A stretch of DNA of 64,000 nt, taken from NCBI RefSeq assembly GCF_009914755.1, contig NC_060933.1. One strand, 5' to 3'. The notes beneath the pieces were generated by a model. That model did no database searches. It was given only the letters and a program-made list of their open reading frames with translations, and had not been told where the DNA came from. The position numbers and the translations under genes are program-made. Of the stretch, positions 26,901 to 42,360 are shown piece after piece (position 1 is the stretch's first letter; every line of letters begins with the position of its first letter). The DNA is from the human T2T-CHM13v2.0 reference genome, Homo sapiens.

Positions 26901-29900
26901 AATGGAATGGAATCAACCCGAGTGCAATGGAATGGAGTGGAATGGAATGGAATGGAATGGAACAACCCGAATGGAATGGAATGTAATGGAGAGTAAGGGA
27001 GTTGAATAGAATCAATCCGAATGTAATGGAATGGAATGGAACGGAATGGAATTGAATGGAATGGAATGGAATGCAATGGAATGGAATCAACCCGAGTGCG
27101 ATGGAATGGAGAGGAATGGAATGGAATGGAATGGAAACTACCCGAATGGAATGGAATGTAATGGAGTGTAAGGGAATTGAATAGAATCAATCCGAATGTA
27201 ATGGAAAGGAATGGAACGGAATGGAATGAAATGGAATGGAATGGAATGGAATGGAATGGAATCAAACAGAGTGCAATCGAATGGAATCGAATGGAATGGA
27301 ATGCAATGGAATGGATTCAACTTGAATGGAATGGAAAGAATGGAATCAACACGAGTGGAATGGCATGGATTGGAATGGAATGGAATGGAATCAACCCGAG
27401 TACAGGGGAATGGAATGGAATGGAATGCAATGGAATGGAATCATCCGTAATGGAATGGAAAGGAATGGAATGGAATGGAATGGAATGGAATGGAATGGAA
27501 TCAACTCGATTGCAATCGAATGGAATGGAATGGAATTAACCCGAATAGAATGGAATGGAATGGAATGGAACGGAACGGAATGGAATGGAATGGAATGGAA
27601 CGGAACGGAATGGAATGGATGGAATGGAATGGAATCAACGCGAGTGCAGGGGAATGGAATGGAATGGAATGCAATGGAATGGAAACTTCCGGAATGGAAT
27701 GGAATGGAATGGAATGGAATGAAATGCAATGGATTCAACTCGATTGCAATGGAATGGAATAGAATGGAATGAAATGGAATGGAATGCAATTAATCCGAAT
27801 AGAATGGAATGGAATGGAATGGAACGGAATGGAACATAATGGAATGGAATGGAATGGAATGGAATGGAATGGTATGGAATGGAATGGAAAGGTACGGAAT
27901 AGAATGGAATGGAACGAATTGTAATGGAATGGAATTGAATGGAATGGAATGGAATGGAATGGAATCAACGCGAGCGCAGTGGAATGTAATGGAACGGAAT
28001 GCAATGGAATGGAATCATCCGGAATGGAATGGAATGGAGTGGAATGGAATGGAATGGAATGGAATCAACCCGAGTGCAATGGAATGGAGTGGAATGGAAT
28101 GGAATGGAATGGAACAACCCGAATGGAATGGAATGTAATGGAGAGTAAGGGAGTTGAATAGAATCAATCCGAATGTAATGGAATGGAATGCAACGGAATG
28201 GAATGGAATGGAATGGAATGGAATGCAATGGAATGGAATCAACCCGAGTACCATGGAATGGAATGGAATGGAATGGAATGGAATGGAATGGAATGATACG
28301 GAATAGAATGGAATGGAACGAAATGGAATTGAATGGAAAGGAATGGAATGGAATGGAATGGAATCGTTCCGAGTGGAATAGGAGGGAATGTATTCGAGTG
28401 GAATGGAAAGGAATGGAATCAACCAGAGTGGAATGGAAGGGAATGGAATGGAATGGAAACTAATAGAATGGAATCAACCCGAGTGGAATGGAATGGAAAG
28501 GACTGGAATGGAATGGAATGGAATGGAATCAACTCGTTTGTAATGGAATGGAATGGAATGGAATGGAGTGGAATGGAATGGAATTAAACCGAATACAATG
28601 GAAGGGAATGGAATGGAATGGAAACTAATAGAATGGAATCAACCCGAGTGCAATGGAATGGAAAGGACTGGAATGGAATGGAATGGAATGGAATCAACTC
28701 GATTGAAATGGAATGGAATGGAATGGAATGGAATGGAATGGAATGGAATTAACCCGAATACAATGGAATGGAATGGAATGGAATGGAATGGAGTGGAATG
28801 GAATGGAATCAACCCGAGTGCATGGGAATGGAATGGAATGGAATGCAATGGAATGGAATCATCCGGAATGGAATAGAATGGAATGGAATGCAAAGCAATG
28901 GAATCAACTCGATTGCAATGGAATGGAATGGAATGGAAAGGAATACATTGGAATCAACCCGAGTGTAATGGAATGGAAAGGACTGGAATGCAGTGGAATG
29001 GAATGGAATGCAATGGAATGGAATGGAATGGAATGGAATCAACTTGGTTGGAATGGAATGGAATGGAATGGAATGGAATGGAATGGAATGGAATGGAATG
29101 GAATCAACCCAACTGCAGGGGAATGGAATGGAATGGAATGCAATGGAATGGATTCAACTTGAATGGAATGGAAAGAATGGAATCAACACGAGTGGAATGG
29201 CATGGATTGGAATGGAATGGAATGGAATCAACCCGAGTACAGGGGAATGGAATGGAATGGAATGCAATGGAATGGAATCATCCGTAATGGAATGGAAAGG
29301 AATGGAATGGAATGGAAAGGAATGGAATGGAATGGAATGGAATGGAATGGAATGGAATGGAATCAACTCGATTGCAATTGAATGGAATGGAATTGAATTA
29401 ACTCGAATAGAATGGAATGGAATGGAATGGAATGGAATGGAATGGAATGGAACGGAAAGGAAGGGAATGGAATGGAATAGAATGGAATGGAATGGAATCA
29501 ACGCGAGTGCAGGGGAATGGAATGGAATGGAATGCAATGGAATGGAATCTTCCGGAATGGAATGGAATGGAATGGAATGGAATGGAATGGAATGGAATGG
29601 AATCAACCCGAGTGCAATGGAATGGAGTGGAATGGAATGGAATGGAATTGAACAACCCGAATGGAATGGAATGTAATGGAGAGTAAGGGTGTTGAATAGA
29701 ATCAATCCGAATGTAATGGAATGGAATGCAACGGAATGGAATGGAATGGAATGGAATGGAATGGAATGGAAAGGAATGGAATGGAATGCAAAGGAATGGA
29801 ATCAACCCGAGTGGAATGGTATGGAATGGAATGCAATGCAATGGAATGGAATGGAATCAACTCGAGTGGAAAGGAATGGAATGGAATGGAAAGGAATGCA

Positions 29901-31730
29901 ATGAAATCATCTCGAGTGGAATGGAATGGAATGGAATCGATTGGAATGGATTGCAATGGAATGAAATGGAATGGAATGGAATGGAATCAATCATTCCGAG
30001 TGGAATGGAAGGGAATGTAATGGAGTGGAAAGAAGGCAATGGAATCAACCCGATTGGAATGCAAGGCAATGGAATGGAATGGAAAGGAATGGAATGGAAT
30101 CAACTCGATTGCAATGGAATGGAATGGAATGGAATGGAAAGGAATGGAATTAACCGGAATAGAATGGAATGCAATGGAATGGAACGGAATGGAATGGAAT
30201 GGAAGGGAATGGAATCAACACGAGTGCAGGGGAATGGAATGGTAAGGAATGCAATTGAATGGAATCATCCGGAATGGAATGGAATGGAATGGAATCAACT
30301 CCATTGCAATGCAATGGAATGGAATGGAATGGAATAGAATGGAATGGAATTAACCCGAATAGAATGGAATGCAATAGAATGGAATGGAACGGAACCGAAT
30401 GGAGTGGAATGGAATGGAATGGAATCAACCTGAGTGCAGGGAAATGGAATGGAATGGAATGCAATGGAATGGAATCATCCGGAATGGAATGGAATGGAAT
30501 CAAATCGAGTGCAAAGGAATGGAGTGAAATGGAATGGAATGGAATGGAAACAACCAGAATGGATTGGAATATAATGGAGTGTAAGGGAATTGAATAGAAT
30601 CAATCTGAATGTAATGAAATGAAATGGAACGGAATGGAATTGAATGGAATGGAATCGAATGGAATGGAATGGAATGGAATCAACCCGAGTGCAATGGAAT
30701 GGATTCGAATGGAATGGAATGGAGTGGAATGGATTCAACCCGAATGGAATGGAAAGGAATGGAATCAACCCGAGTGGAATGGCATGGAATGGAATGGAAT
30801 GGAATGGAATGGAATGGAATGGAATGGAATGGAATGGAATGGTTCGGAATAGAATGGATTGGAACAAAATGCAATGGAATGGAATGGAATGGAATGGAAT
30901 GGAACGGAATGGAATGGAATCAATCGATTGCAATGGAATGGAATGGAATGGAATGGAACGGATTGGAATGGAATGGAATGGAATGGAATGGAATGGAATG
31001 GAATGAAATGGAATGGAATGGAATGGAATCAACCCGAGTGCAGGGGAATGGAATGGAATGGAATGCAATGGAATGGAATGGAATGGAATGAAACGGAATG
31101 GAATGGAATGGAATGGAATAAACCCGAGTGGAATGGCATGGAATGGAATGCAATGGAATGGAATGGAATGGAAACAACTCGAGTGGAAAGGAATGGAATG
31201 GAATGGAAAGGAATGGAATGAAATCAACTCGAGTGGAATGGAATGGAATGGAATGGATTGGAATGGATTGCAATGGAATGAAATGGAATGGAATGGAATG
31301 GAATAAATCATTCCGAGTGGAATGGAAGGGAATGTAATGGAGTGGAAAGAAGGGAATGGAATCAACCCGAGTGGAATGCAAGGCAATGGAATGGAATGGA
31401 AAGGAATGGAAAGTAATCAACTCGATTGCATTGGAATGGAATGGAATGGAATGGAATGGAATGGAAAGGAATGGAATGGAATGAAATGGAATGGAATGGA
31501 GTGCAATGGAATGGAATCAACCCGAGTGCAATCGAATGGAATCGAATGGAATGGAATGCAATGGAATGGATTCAACTTGAATGGAATGGAAAGAATGGAA
31601 TCAACACGAGTGGAATGGCATGGATTGGAATGGAATGGAATGGAATCAACCCGAGTACAGGGGAATGGAATGGAATGGAATGCAATGGAATGGAATCATC
31701 CGTAATGGAATGGAAAGGAATGGAATGGAA
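23940..31730 (+). repeat. ~7.8 kb direct duplication, copy 1 (partner ~34785-42360)
   Basis: ORF pairs 23983/34827 (offset 10844), 25570/36194, 27138/37762, 28015/38639, 30150/40774 (10624) and 31322/41951 (10629). Shared rare variants include GGTTTGGAAAGG, CCATCCGAAT, CAAACAGAGT, GGAACATAAT and GAGTACCATGG. Confidence 0.92.
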
Positions 31731-34700
31731 TGGAAAGGAATGGAATGGAATGGAATGGAATGGAATGGAATGGAATCAACTCGATTGCAATCGAATGGAA
31801 TGGAATGGAATTAACACGAATAGAATTCAACGGAATGGAATGGAACGGAACGGAATGGAATGGAATGGAATGGAATGGAATGGAAAGGAACGGAATGGAA
31901 TGGAATGCAATGGAATGGAATGGAATCAACGCGAGTGCAGAGGAATGGAATGGAATGGAATGCAATGGAATGGAATCTTCCGGAATGGAACGGAATTGAA
32001 TGGAATGGAATGGAATGGTATGGAATAAACCCGAGTGCAATGGAATGGAGTGGAATGGAATGGAATGGAATGGAACAACCCGAATGGAATGGAATGTAAT
32101 GGAGAGTAAGGGAGTTGAATAGAATCAATCCGAATGTAATGGAATGGAATGGAACGGAATGGAATTGAATGGAATGGAATGGAATGCAATGGCATGGAAT
32201 CAACCCGAGTTCAATGAAATGGAGAGGAATGGAATGGAATGGAATGGAAACTACCCGAATGGAATGGAATGTAATGGAGTGTAAGGGAATTGAATAGAAT
32301 CAATCCGAATGTAATGGAATGGAATGGAACGGAATGGAATGGAATGGAATGGAATGGAATGGAATGGAATGGAATGCAATGGAATGGAATCAACCCGAGT
32401 GCAATCGAATGGAATCGAATGGAATGGAATGCAATGGAATGGATTCAACTTGAATGGAATGGAAAGAATGGAATCAACACGAGTGGAATGACATGGATTG
32501 GAATGGAATGGAATGGAATCAAACCGAGTACAGGGGAATGGAATGGAATGGAATGCAATGGAATGGAATCATCCGTAATGGAATGGAAAGGAATGGAATG
32601 GAATAGAATGGAGTGGAATGGAATGGAATGGAATGGAATCAACTCGATTGCAATCGAATGGAATGGAATGGAATTAACCCGAATAGAATGGAATGGAATG
32701 GAATGGAACGGAACGGAGTGGAATGGAATGGAATGGAACGGAAAGGAAGGGAATGGAATGGAATAGAATGGAATGGAATGGAATCAACGCGAGTGCAGGG
32801 GAATGGAATGGAATGGAATGCAATGGAATGGAATCTTCCGGAATGGAATGGAATGGAATGGAATGGAATGGAATGGAATGGAATCAACCCGAGTGCAATG
32901 GAATGGAGTGGAATGGAATGGAATGGAATGGAACAACCCGAATGGAATGGAATGTAATGGAGAGTAAGGGAGTTGAATAGAATCAATCCGAATGGAATGG
33001 AATGGAATGGAAAGGAATGGAATTGAATGGAATGGAATGGAATGCAATGGAATGGAATCAACCCGAGTGCAATGGAATGGAGAGGAATGGAATGGAATGG
33101 AATGGAAACTACCCGAATGGAATGGAATGTAATGGAGTGTAAGGGAATTGAATAGAATCAATCCGAATGTAATGGAATGGAATGGAACGGAATGGAATGG
33201 AATGGAATGGAATGGAATGGAATGGAATGCAATGGAATGGAATCAACCCGAGTGCAATCGAATGGAATCGAATGGAATGGAATGCAATGGAATGGAATCA
33301 ACTTGAATGGAATGGAAAGAATGGAATCAACACGAGTGGAATGGCATGGATTGGAATGGAATGGAATGGAATCAACCCGAGTACAGGGGAATGGAATGGA
33401 ATGGAATGCAATGGAATGGAATCATCCGTAATGGAATGGAAAGGAATGGAATGGAATGGAATGGAATGGAATGGAATGGAATGGAATCAACTCGATTGCA
33501 ATCGAATGGAATGGAATGGAATTAACCCGAATAGAATGGAATGGAATGGAATGGAACAGAACGGAATGGAATGGAATGGAATGGAACGGAACGGAATGGA
33601 ATGGAATGGAATGGAATGGAATGGAATGGAATCAACGCGAGTGCAAAGGGAATGGAATGGAATGGAATGCAATGGAATGGAAACTTCCGGAATGGAATGG
33701 AATGGAATGGAATGGAATGAAATGCAATGGATTCAACTCGATTGCAATGGAATGGAATAGAATGGAATGAAATGGAATGGAATGCAATTAATCCGAATAG
33801 AATGGAATGGAATGGAATGGAACGGAATGGAACGGAATGGAATGGAATGGAATGGAATGGAATGGAATGGAATGGAATGGAATGGTATGGAATGGAATGG
33901 AATCAACACGAGTGCAGGGGAATGTAATGGAACGGAATGCAATGGAATGGAATCATCCGGAATGGAATGGAATGGAATGGAATGGAATGGAATGGAATCA
34001 GCCCGAGTGCAATGGAATGGAGTGGAATGGAATGGAATGGAATGGAACAACCCGAATAGAATGGAATGTAATGGAGAGTAAGGGAGTTGAATAGAATCAA
34101 TCCGAATGTAATGGAATGGAATGCAACGGAATGGAATGGAATGGAATGGAATGGAATGCAATGGAATGGAATCAACCCGAGTACAATGGAATGGAATGGA
34201 ATGGAATGGAATGGAATGATACGGAATAGAATGGAATGGAACGAAATGGAATGGAATGGAAAGGAATCAAATGGAATGGAATGGAATCGTTCCGAGTGGA
34301 ATAGGAGGGAATGTATTCGAGTGGAATGGCAAGGAATGGAATCAACCAGAGTGGAATGGAAGGGAATGGAATGGAATGGAAACTAATAGAATGGAATCAA
34401 CCCGAGTGGAATGGAATGGAAAGGACTGGAATGGAATGGAATGGAATGGAATCAACTCGTTTGTAATGGAATGGAATGGAATGGAATGGAATGGAATGGA
34501 ATTAACCCGAATACAATGGAAGGGAATGGAATGGAATGGAAACTAATAGAATGGAATCAACCCGAGTGGAATGGAATGGAAAGGACTGGAATGGAATGGA
34601 ATGGAATGGAATCAACTCGATTGTAATGGAATGGAATGGAATGGAATGGAATGGAATGGAATGGAATGGGATTAACCCGAATACAATGGAATGGAATGGA

Positions 34701-34784
34701 ATGGAATGGAATGGAGTGGAATGGAATGGAATCAACCCGAGTGCAGGGGAATGGAATGGAATGGAATGCAATGGAATGGAATCA

Positions 34785-37700
34785 TCCGGAATGGAATCGA
34801 ATGGAATGGAATGCAAAGCAATGGAATCAACTCGATTGCAATGGAATGGAATGGAATGGAAAGGAATACATTGGAATCAACCCGAGTGGAATGGAATGGA
34901 AAGGACTGGAATGGAGTGGAATGGAATGGAATGCAATGGAATGGAATGGAATGGAATCAACTTGATTGGAATGGAATGGAATGGAATGGAATGGAATGGA
35001 ATGGAATGGAATCAACCCGACTGCAAGGGAATGGAATGGAATGGAATGCAATGGAATGGATTCAACTTGAATGGAATGGAAAGAATGGAATCAACACGAG
35101 TGGAATGGCATGGATTGGAATGGAATGGAATGGAATTAACCCGAATAGAATGGAATGGAATGGAATGGAACGGAACGGAACGGAATGGAATGGAATGGAA
35201 TGGAATGGAATGGAATGGAATGGTTTGGAAAGGAATGGATTGGTACGGAATAGAATGGAATGGAACGAATTGTAATGGAATGGAATTGAATGGAATGGAA
35301 TGGAATGGAATCAACGTGAGTGCAGGGGAATGTAATGGAACGGAATGCAATGGAATGGAATCATCCGGAATGGAATGGAATGGAATGGAATGGAATGGAA
35401 TGGAATGGAATGGAACAACCCGAATGGAATGGAATGTAATGGAGAGTAAGGGAGTAAAATAGAATCAATTCGAATGTAATGGAATGGAATGCAACGGAAT
35501 GGAATGGAATGGAATGGAATGGAATGCAATGGAATGGAATCAACCCGAGTACAATGGAATGGAATGGAATGGAATGGAATGGAATGGAATGGAATGATAC
35601 GGAATAGAATGGAATGGAACGAAATGGAATGGAATGGAATGGAATGGAATGGAATGGAATGGAATGGAATGGAATCGTTCCGAGTGGAATAGGAGGGAAT
35701 GTATTCGAGTGGAATGGAAAGGAATGGAATCAACAAGAGTGGAATGGAAGGGAATGGAATGGAATGGAAACTAATAGAATGGAATCAACCCGAGTGGAAT
35801 GGAATGGAAAGGACTGGAATGGAATGGAATGGAATGGAATCAACTCGATTGTAATGGAATGGAATGGAATGTAATGGAATGGAATGGAATGGAATGGAAT
35901 TAACCCGAATACAATGGAAGGGAATGGAATGGAATGGAATGGAGGGGAATGGAATGGAATCAACCCGAGTGCAGGGGAATGGAATGGAATGGAATGCAAT
36001 GGAATGGAATCATCCGGAATGGAATGGAATGGAATGGAATGCAAAGCAATGGAATCAACTCGATTGCAGTGGAATGGAATGGAATGGAAAGGAATACATT
36101 GGAATCAACCCGAGTGGAATGGAATGGAAAGGACTGGAATGGAGTGCAATGTAATGGAATGCAATGGAATGGAATGGAATGGAATCAACTTGATTGGAAT
36201 GGAATGGAATGGAATGGAATCAACCCGACTGCAGGGGAATGGAATGGAATGGAATGCAATGGAATGGATTCAACTTGAATGGAATGGAAAGAATGGAATC
36301 AACACGAGTGGAATGGCATGGATTGGAATGGAATGGAATGGAATCAACCCGAGTACAGGGGAATGGAATGGAATGGAATGCAATGGAATGGAATCATCCG
36401 TAATGGAATGGAAAGGAATGGAATGGAATGGAATGGAATGGAATGGAATGGAATGGAATGGAATGGAATCAACTCGATTGCAATCGAATGGAATGGAATG
36501 GAATTAACCCAAATAGAATGGAATGGAATGGAATGGAACGGAACGGAATGGAATGGAATGGAATGGAATGGAATGGAATGGAACGGAACGGAACGGAATG
36601 GAATGGAATGGAATGGAATGGAATGGAATCAACGCGAGTGCAGGGGAATGGAATGGAATGGAATGCAATGGAATGGAATCTTCCGGAATGGAATGGAATG
36701 GAATGGAATCAACCCAAGTGCAATGGAATGGAGTGGAATGGAATGGAATGGAATGGAACAACCCGAATGGAATGGAATGTAATGGAGAGTAAGGGAGTTG
36801 AATAGAATCAATCCGAATGTAATGGAATGGAATGGAACGGAATGGAATTGAATGGAATGGAATGGAATGCAATGGAATGGAATCAACCCGAGTTCAATGA
36901 AATGGAGAGGAATGGAATGGAATGGAATGGAAACTACCCGAATGGAATGGAATGGAATGGAGTGTAAGGGAATTGAATAGAATCCATCCGAATGGAATGG
37001 AATGGAATGGAACGGAATGGAATGGAATGGAATGGAATGGAATGCAATGGAATGGAATCAACCCGAGTGCAATCGAATGGAATCGAATGGAATGGAATGC
37101 AATGGAATGGATTCAACTTGAATGGAATGGAAAGAATGGAATCAACACGAGTGGAATGACATGGATTGGAATGGAATGGAATGGAATCAACCCGAGTACA
37201 GGGGAATGGAATGGAATGGAATGCAATGGAATGGAATCATCCGTAATGCAATGGAAAGGAATGGAATGGAATGGAATGGAATCAACTCGATTGCAATCGA
37301 ATGGAAAGGAATGGAATTAACCCGAATAGAATGGAATGGAATGGAATGGAACGGAACGGAATGGAATGGAATGGAATGGAATGGAACGGAAAGGAAGGGA
37401 ATGGAATGGAATAGAATGGAATGGAATGGAATCAACGCGAGTGCAGGGGAATGGAATGGAATGGAATGCAATGGAATGGAATCTTCCAGAATGGAATGGA
37501 ATGGAATGGAATGGAATGGAATGGAATGGAATGGAATCAACCCGAGTGCAATGGAATGGAGTGGAATGGAATGGAATGGAATGGAACAACCCGAATGGAA
37601 TGGAATGTAATGGAGAGTAAGGGAGTTGAATAGAATCAATCCGAATGTAATGGAATGGAATGGAACGGAATGGAATTGAATGGAATGGAATGGAATGCAA

Positions 37701-40700
37701 TGGAATGGAATCAACCCGAGTGCGATGGAATGGAGAGGAATGGAATGGAATGGAATGGAAACTACCCGAATGGAATGGAATGTAATGGAGTGTAAGGGAA
37801 TTGAATAGAATCAATCCGAATGTAATGGAAAGGAATGGAACGGAATGGAATGAAATGGAATGGAATGGAATGGAATGGAATGGAATCAAACAGAGTGCAA
37901 TCGAATGGAATCGAATGGAATGGAATGCAATGGAATGGATTCAACTTGAATGGAATGGAAAGAATGGAATCAACACGAGTGGAATGGCATGGATTGGAAT
38001 GGAATGGAATGGAATCAACCCGAGTACAGGGGAATGGAATGGAATGGAATGCAATGGAATGGAATCATCCGTAATGGAATGGAAAGGAATGGAATGGAAT
38101 GGAATGGAATGGAATGGAATGGAATCAACTCGATTGCAATCGAATGGAATGGAATGGAATTAACCCGAATAGAATGGAATGGAATGGAATGGAACGGAAC
38201 GGAATGGAATGGAATGGAATGGAACGGAACGGAATGGAATGGATGGAATGGAATGGAATCAACGCGAGTGCAGGGGAATGGAATGGAATGGAATGCAATG
38301 GAATGGAAACTTCCGGAATGGAATGGAATGGAATGGAATGGAATGAAATGCAATGGATTCAACTCGATTGCAATGGAATGGAATAGAATGGAATGAAATG
38401 GAATGGAATGCAATTAATCCGAATAGAATGGAATGGAATGGAATGGAACGGAATGGAACATAATGGAATGGAATGGAATGGAATGGAATGGAATGGTATG
38501 GAATGGAATGGAATGGTACGGAATAGAATGGAATGGAACGAATTGTAATGGAATGGAATTGAATGGAATGGAATGGAATGGAATGGAATCAACGCGAGTG
38601 CAGTGGAATGTAATGGAACGGAATGCAATGGAATGGAATCATCCGGAATGGAATGGAATGGAATGGAATGGAATGGAATGGAATGGAATCAACCCGAGTG
38701 CAATGGAATGGAGTGGAATGGAATGGAATGGAATGGAACAACCCGAATGGAATGGAATGTAATGGAGAGTAAGGGAGTTGAATAGAATCAATCCGAATGT
38801 AATGGAATGGAATGCAACGGAATGGAATGGAATGGAATGGAATGGAATGCAATGGAATGGAATCAACCCGAGTACCATGGAATGGAATGGAATGGAATGG
38901 AATGGAATGGAATGGAATGATACGGAATAGAATGGAATGGAACGAAATGGAATTGAATGGAAAGGAATGGAATGGAATGGAATGGAATCGTTCCGAGTGG
39001 AATAGGAGGGAATGTATTCGAGTGGAATGGAAAGGAATGGAATCAACCAGAGTGGAATGGAAGGGAATGGAATGGAATGGAAACTAATAGAATGGAATCA
39101 ACCCGAGTGGAATGGAATGGAAAGGACTGGAATGGAATGGAATGGAATGGAATCAACTCGTTTGTAATGGAATGGAATGGAATGGAATGGAGTGGAATGG
39201 AATGGAATTAAACCGAATACAATGGAAGGGAATGGAATGGAATGGAAACTAATAGAATGGAATCAACCCGAGTGCAATGGAATGGAAAGGACTGGAATGG
39301 AATGGAATGGAATGGAATCAACTCGATTGAAATGGAATGGAATGGAATGGAATGGAATGGAATGGAATGGAATTAACCCGAATACAATGGAATGGAATGG
39401 AATGGAATGGAATGGAGTGGAATGGAATGGAATCAACCCGAGTGCATGGGAATGGAATGGAATGGAATGCAATGGAATGGAATCATCCGGAATGGAATAG
39501 AATGGAATGGAATGCAAAGCAATGGAATCAACTCGATTGCAATGGAATGGAATGGAATGGAAAGGAATACATTGGAATCAACCCGAGTGTAATGGAATGG
39601 AAAGGACTGGAATGCAGTGGAATGGAATGGAATGCAATGGAATGGAATGGAATGGAATGGAATCAACTTGGTTGGAATGGAATGGAATGGAATGGAATGG
39701 AATGGAATGGAATGGAATGGAATCAACCCAACTGCAGGGGAATGGAATGGAATGGAATGCAATGGAATGGATTCAACTTGAATGGAATGGAAAGAATGGA
39801 ATCAACACGAGTGGAATGGCATGGATTGGAATGGAATGGAATGGAATCAACCCGAGTACAGGGGAATGGAATGGAATGGAATGCAATGGAATGGAATCAT
39901 CCGTAATGGAATGGAAAGGAATGGAATGGAATGGAAAGGAATGGAATGGAATGGAATGGAATGGAATGGAATGGAATGGAATCAACTCGATTGCAATTGA
40001 ATGGAATGGAATTGAATTAACTCGAATAGAATGGAATGGAATGGAATGGAATGGAATGGAATGGAATGGAATGGAACGGAAAGGAAGGGAATGGAATGGA
40101 ATAGAATGGAATGGAATGGAATCAACGCGAGTGCAGGGGAATGGAATGGAATGGAATGCAATGGAATGGAATCTTCCGGAATGGAATGGAATGGAATGGA
40201 ATGGAATGGAATGGAATGGAATGGAATCAACCCGAGTGCAATGGAATGGAGTGGAATGGAATGGAATGGAATTGAACAACCCGAATGGAATGGAATGTAA
40301 TGGAGAGTAAGGGTGTTGAATAGAATCAATCCGAATGTAATGGAATGGAATGCAACGGAATGGAATGGAATGGAATGGAATGGAATGGAATGGAAAGGAA
40401 TGGAATGGAATGCAAAGGAATGGAATCAACCCGAGTGGAATGGTATGGAATGGAATGCAATGCAATGGAATGGAATGGAATCAACTCGAGTGGAAAGGAA
40501 TGGAATGGAATGGAAAGGAATGCAATGAAATCATCTCGAGTGGAATGGAATGGAATGGAATCGATTGGAATGGATTGCAATGGAATGAAATGGAATGGAA
40601 TGGAATGGAATCAATCATTCCGAGTGGAATGGAAGGGAATGTAATGGAGTGGAAAGAAGGCAATGGAATCAACCCGATTGGAATGCAAGGCAATGGAATG

Positions 40701-42360
40701 GAATGGAAAGGAATGGAATGGAATCAACTCGATTGCAATGGAATGGAATGGAATGGAATGGAAAGGAATGGAATTAACCGGAATAGAATGGAATGCAATG
40801 GAATGGAACGGAATGGAATGGAATGGAAGGGAATGGAATCAACACGAGTGCAGGGGAATGGAATGGTAAGGAATGCAATTGAATGGAATCATCCGGAATG
40901 GAATGGAATGGAATGGAATCAACTCCATTGCAATGCAATGGAATGGAATGGAATGGAATAGAATGGAATGGAATTAACCCGAATAGAATGGAATGCAATA
41001 GAATGGAATGGAACGGAACCGAATGGAGTGGAATGGAATGGAATGGAATCAACCTGAGTGCAGGGAAATGGAATGGAATGGAATGCAATGGAATGGAATC
41101 ATCCGGAATGGAATGGAATGGAATCAAATCGAGTGCAAAGGAATGGAGTGAAATGGAATGGAATGGAATGGAAACAACCAGAATGGATTGGAATATAATG
41201 GAGTGTAAGGGAATTGAATAGAATCAATCTGAATGTAATGAAATGAAATGGAACGGAATGGAATTGAATGGAATGGAATCGAATGGAATGGAATGGAATG
41301 GAATCAACCCGAGTGCAATGGAATGGATTCGAATGGAATGGAATGGAGTGGAATGGATTCAACCCGAATGGAATGGAAAGGAATGGAATCAACCCGAGTG
41401 GAATGGCATGGAATGGAATGGAATGGAATGGAATGGAATGGAATGGAATGGAATGGAATGGAATGGAATGGTTCGGAATAGAATGGATTGGAACAAAATG
41501 CAATGGAATGGAATGGAATGGAATGGAATGGAACGGAATGGAATGGAATCAATCGATTGCAATGGAATGGAATGGAATGGAATGGAACGGATTGGAATGG
41601 AATGGAATGGAATGGAATGGAATGGAATGGAATGAAATGGAATGGAATGGAATGGAATCAACCCGAGTGCAGGGGAATGGAATGGAATGGAATGCAATGG
41701 AATGGAATGGAATGGAATGAAACGGAATGGAATGGAATGGAATGGAATAAACCCGAGTGGAATGGCATGGAATGGAATGCAATGGAATGGAATGGAATGG
41801 AAACAACTCGAGTGGAAAGGAATGGAATGGAATGGAAAGGAATGGAATGAAATCAACTCGAGTGGAATGGAATGGAATGGAATGGATTGGAATGGATTGC
41901 AATGGAATGAAATGGAATGGAATGGAATGGAATAAATCATTCCGAGTGGAATGGAAGGGAATGTAATGGAGTGGAAAGAAGGGAATGGAATCAACCCGAG
42001 TGGAATGCAAGGCAATGGAATGGAATGGAAAGGAATGGAAAGTAATCAACTCGATTGCATTGGAATGGAATGGAATGGAATGGAATGGAATGGAAAGGAA
42101 TGGAATGGAATGAAATGGAATGGAATGGAGTGCAATGGAATGGAATCAACCCGAGTGCAATCGAATGGAATCGAATGGAATGGAATGCAATGGAATGGAT
42201 TCAACTTGAATGGAATGGAAAGAATGGAATCAACACGAGTGGAATGGCATGGATTGGAATGGAATGGAATGGAATCAACCCGAGTACAGGGGAATGGAAT
42301 GGAATGGAATGCAATGGAATGGAATCATCCGTAATGGAATGGAAAGGAATGGAATGGAAT
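34785..42360 (+). repeat. ~7.6 kb direct duplication, copy 2 (partner ~23940-31730)
   Basis: Collinear with copy 1 but lacks a ~40 bp and a ~175 bp module; the offset steps 10844 > ~10800 > 10624. Confidence 0.92.
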
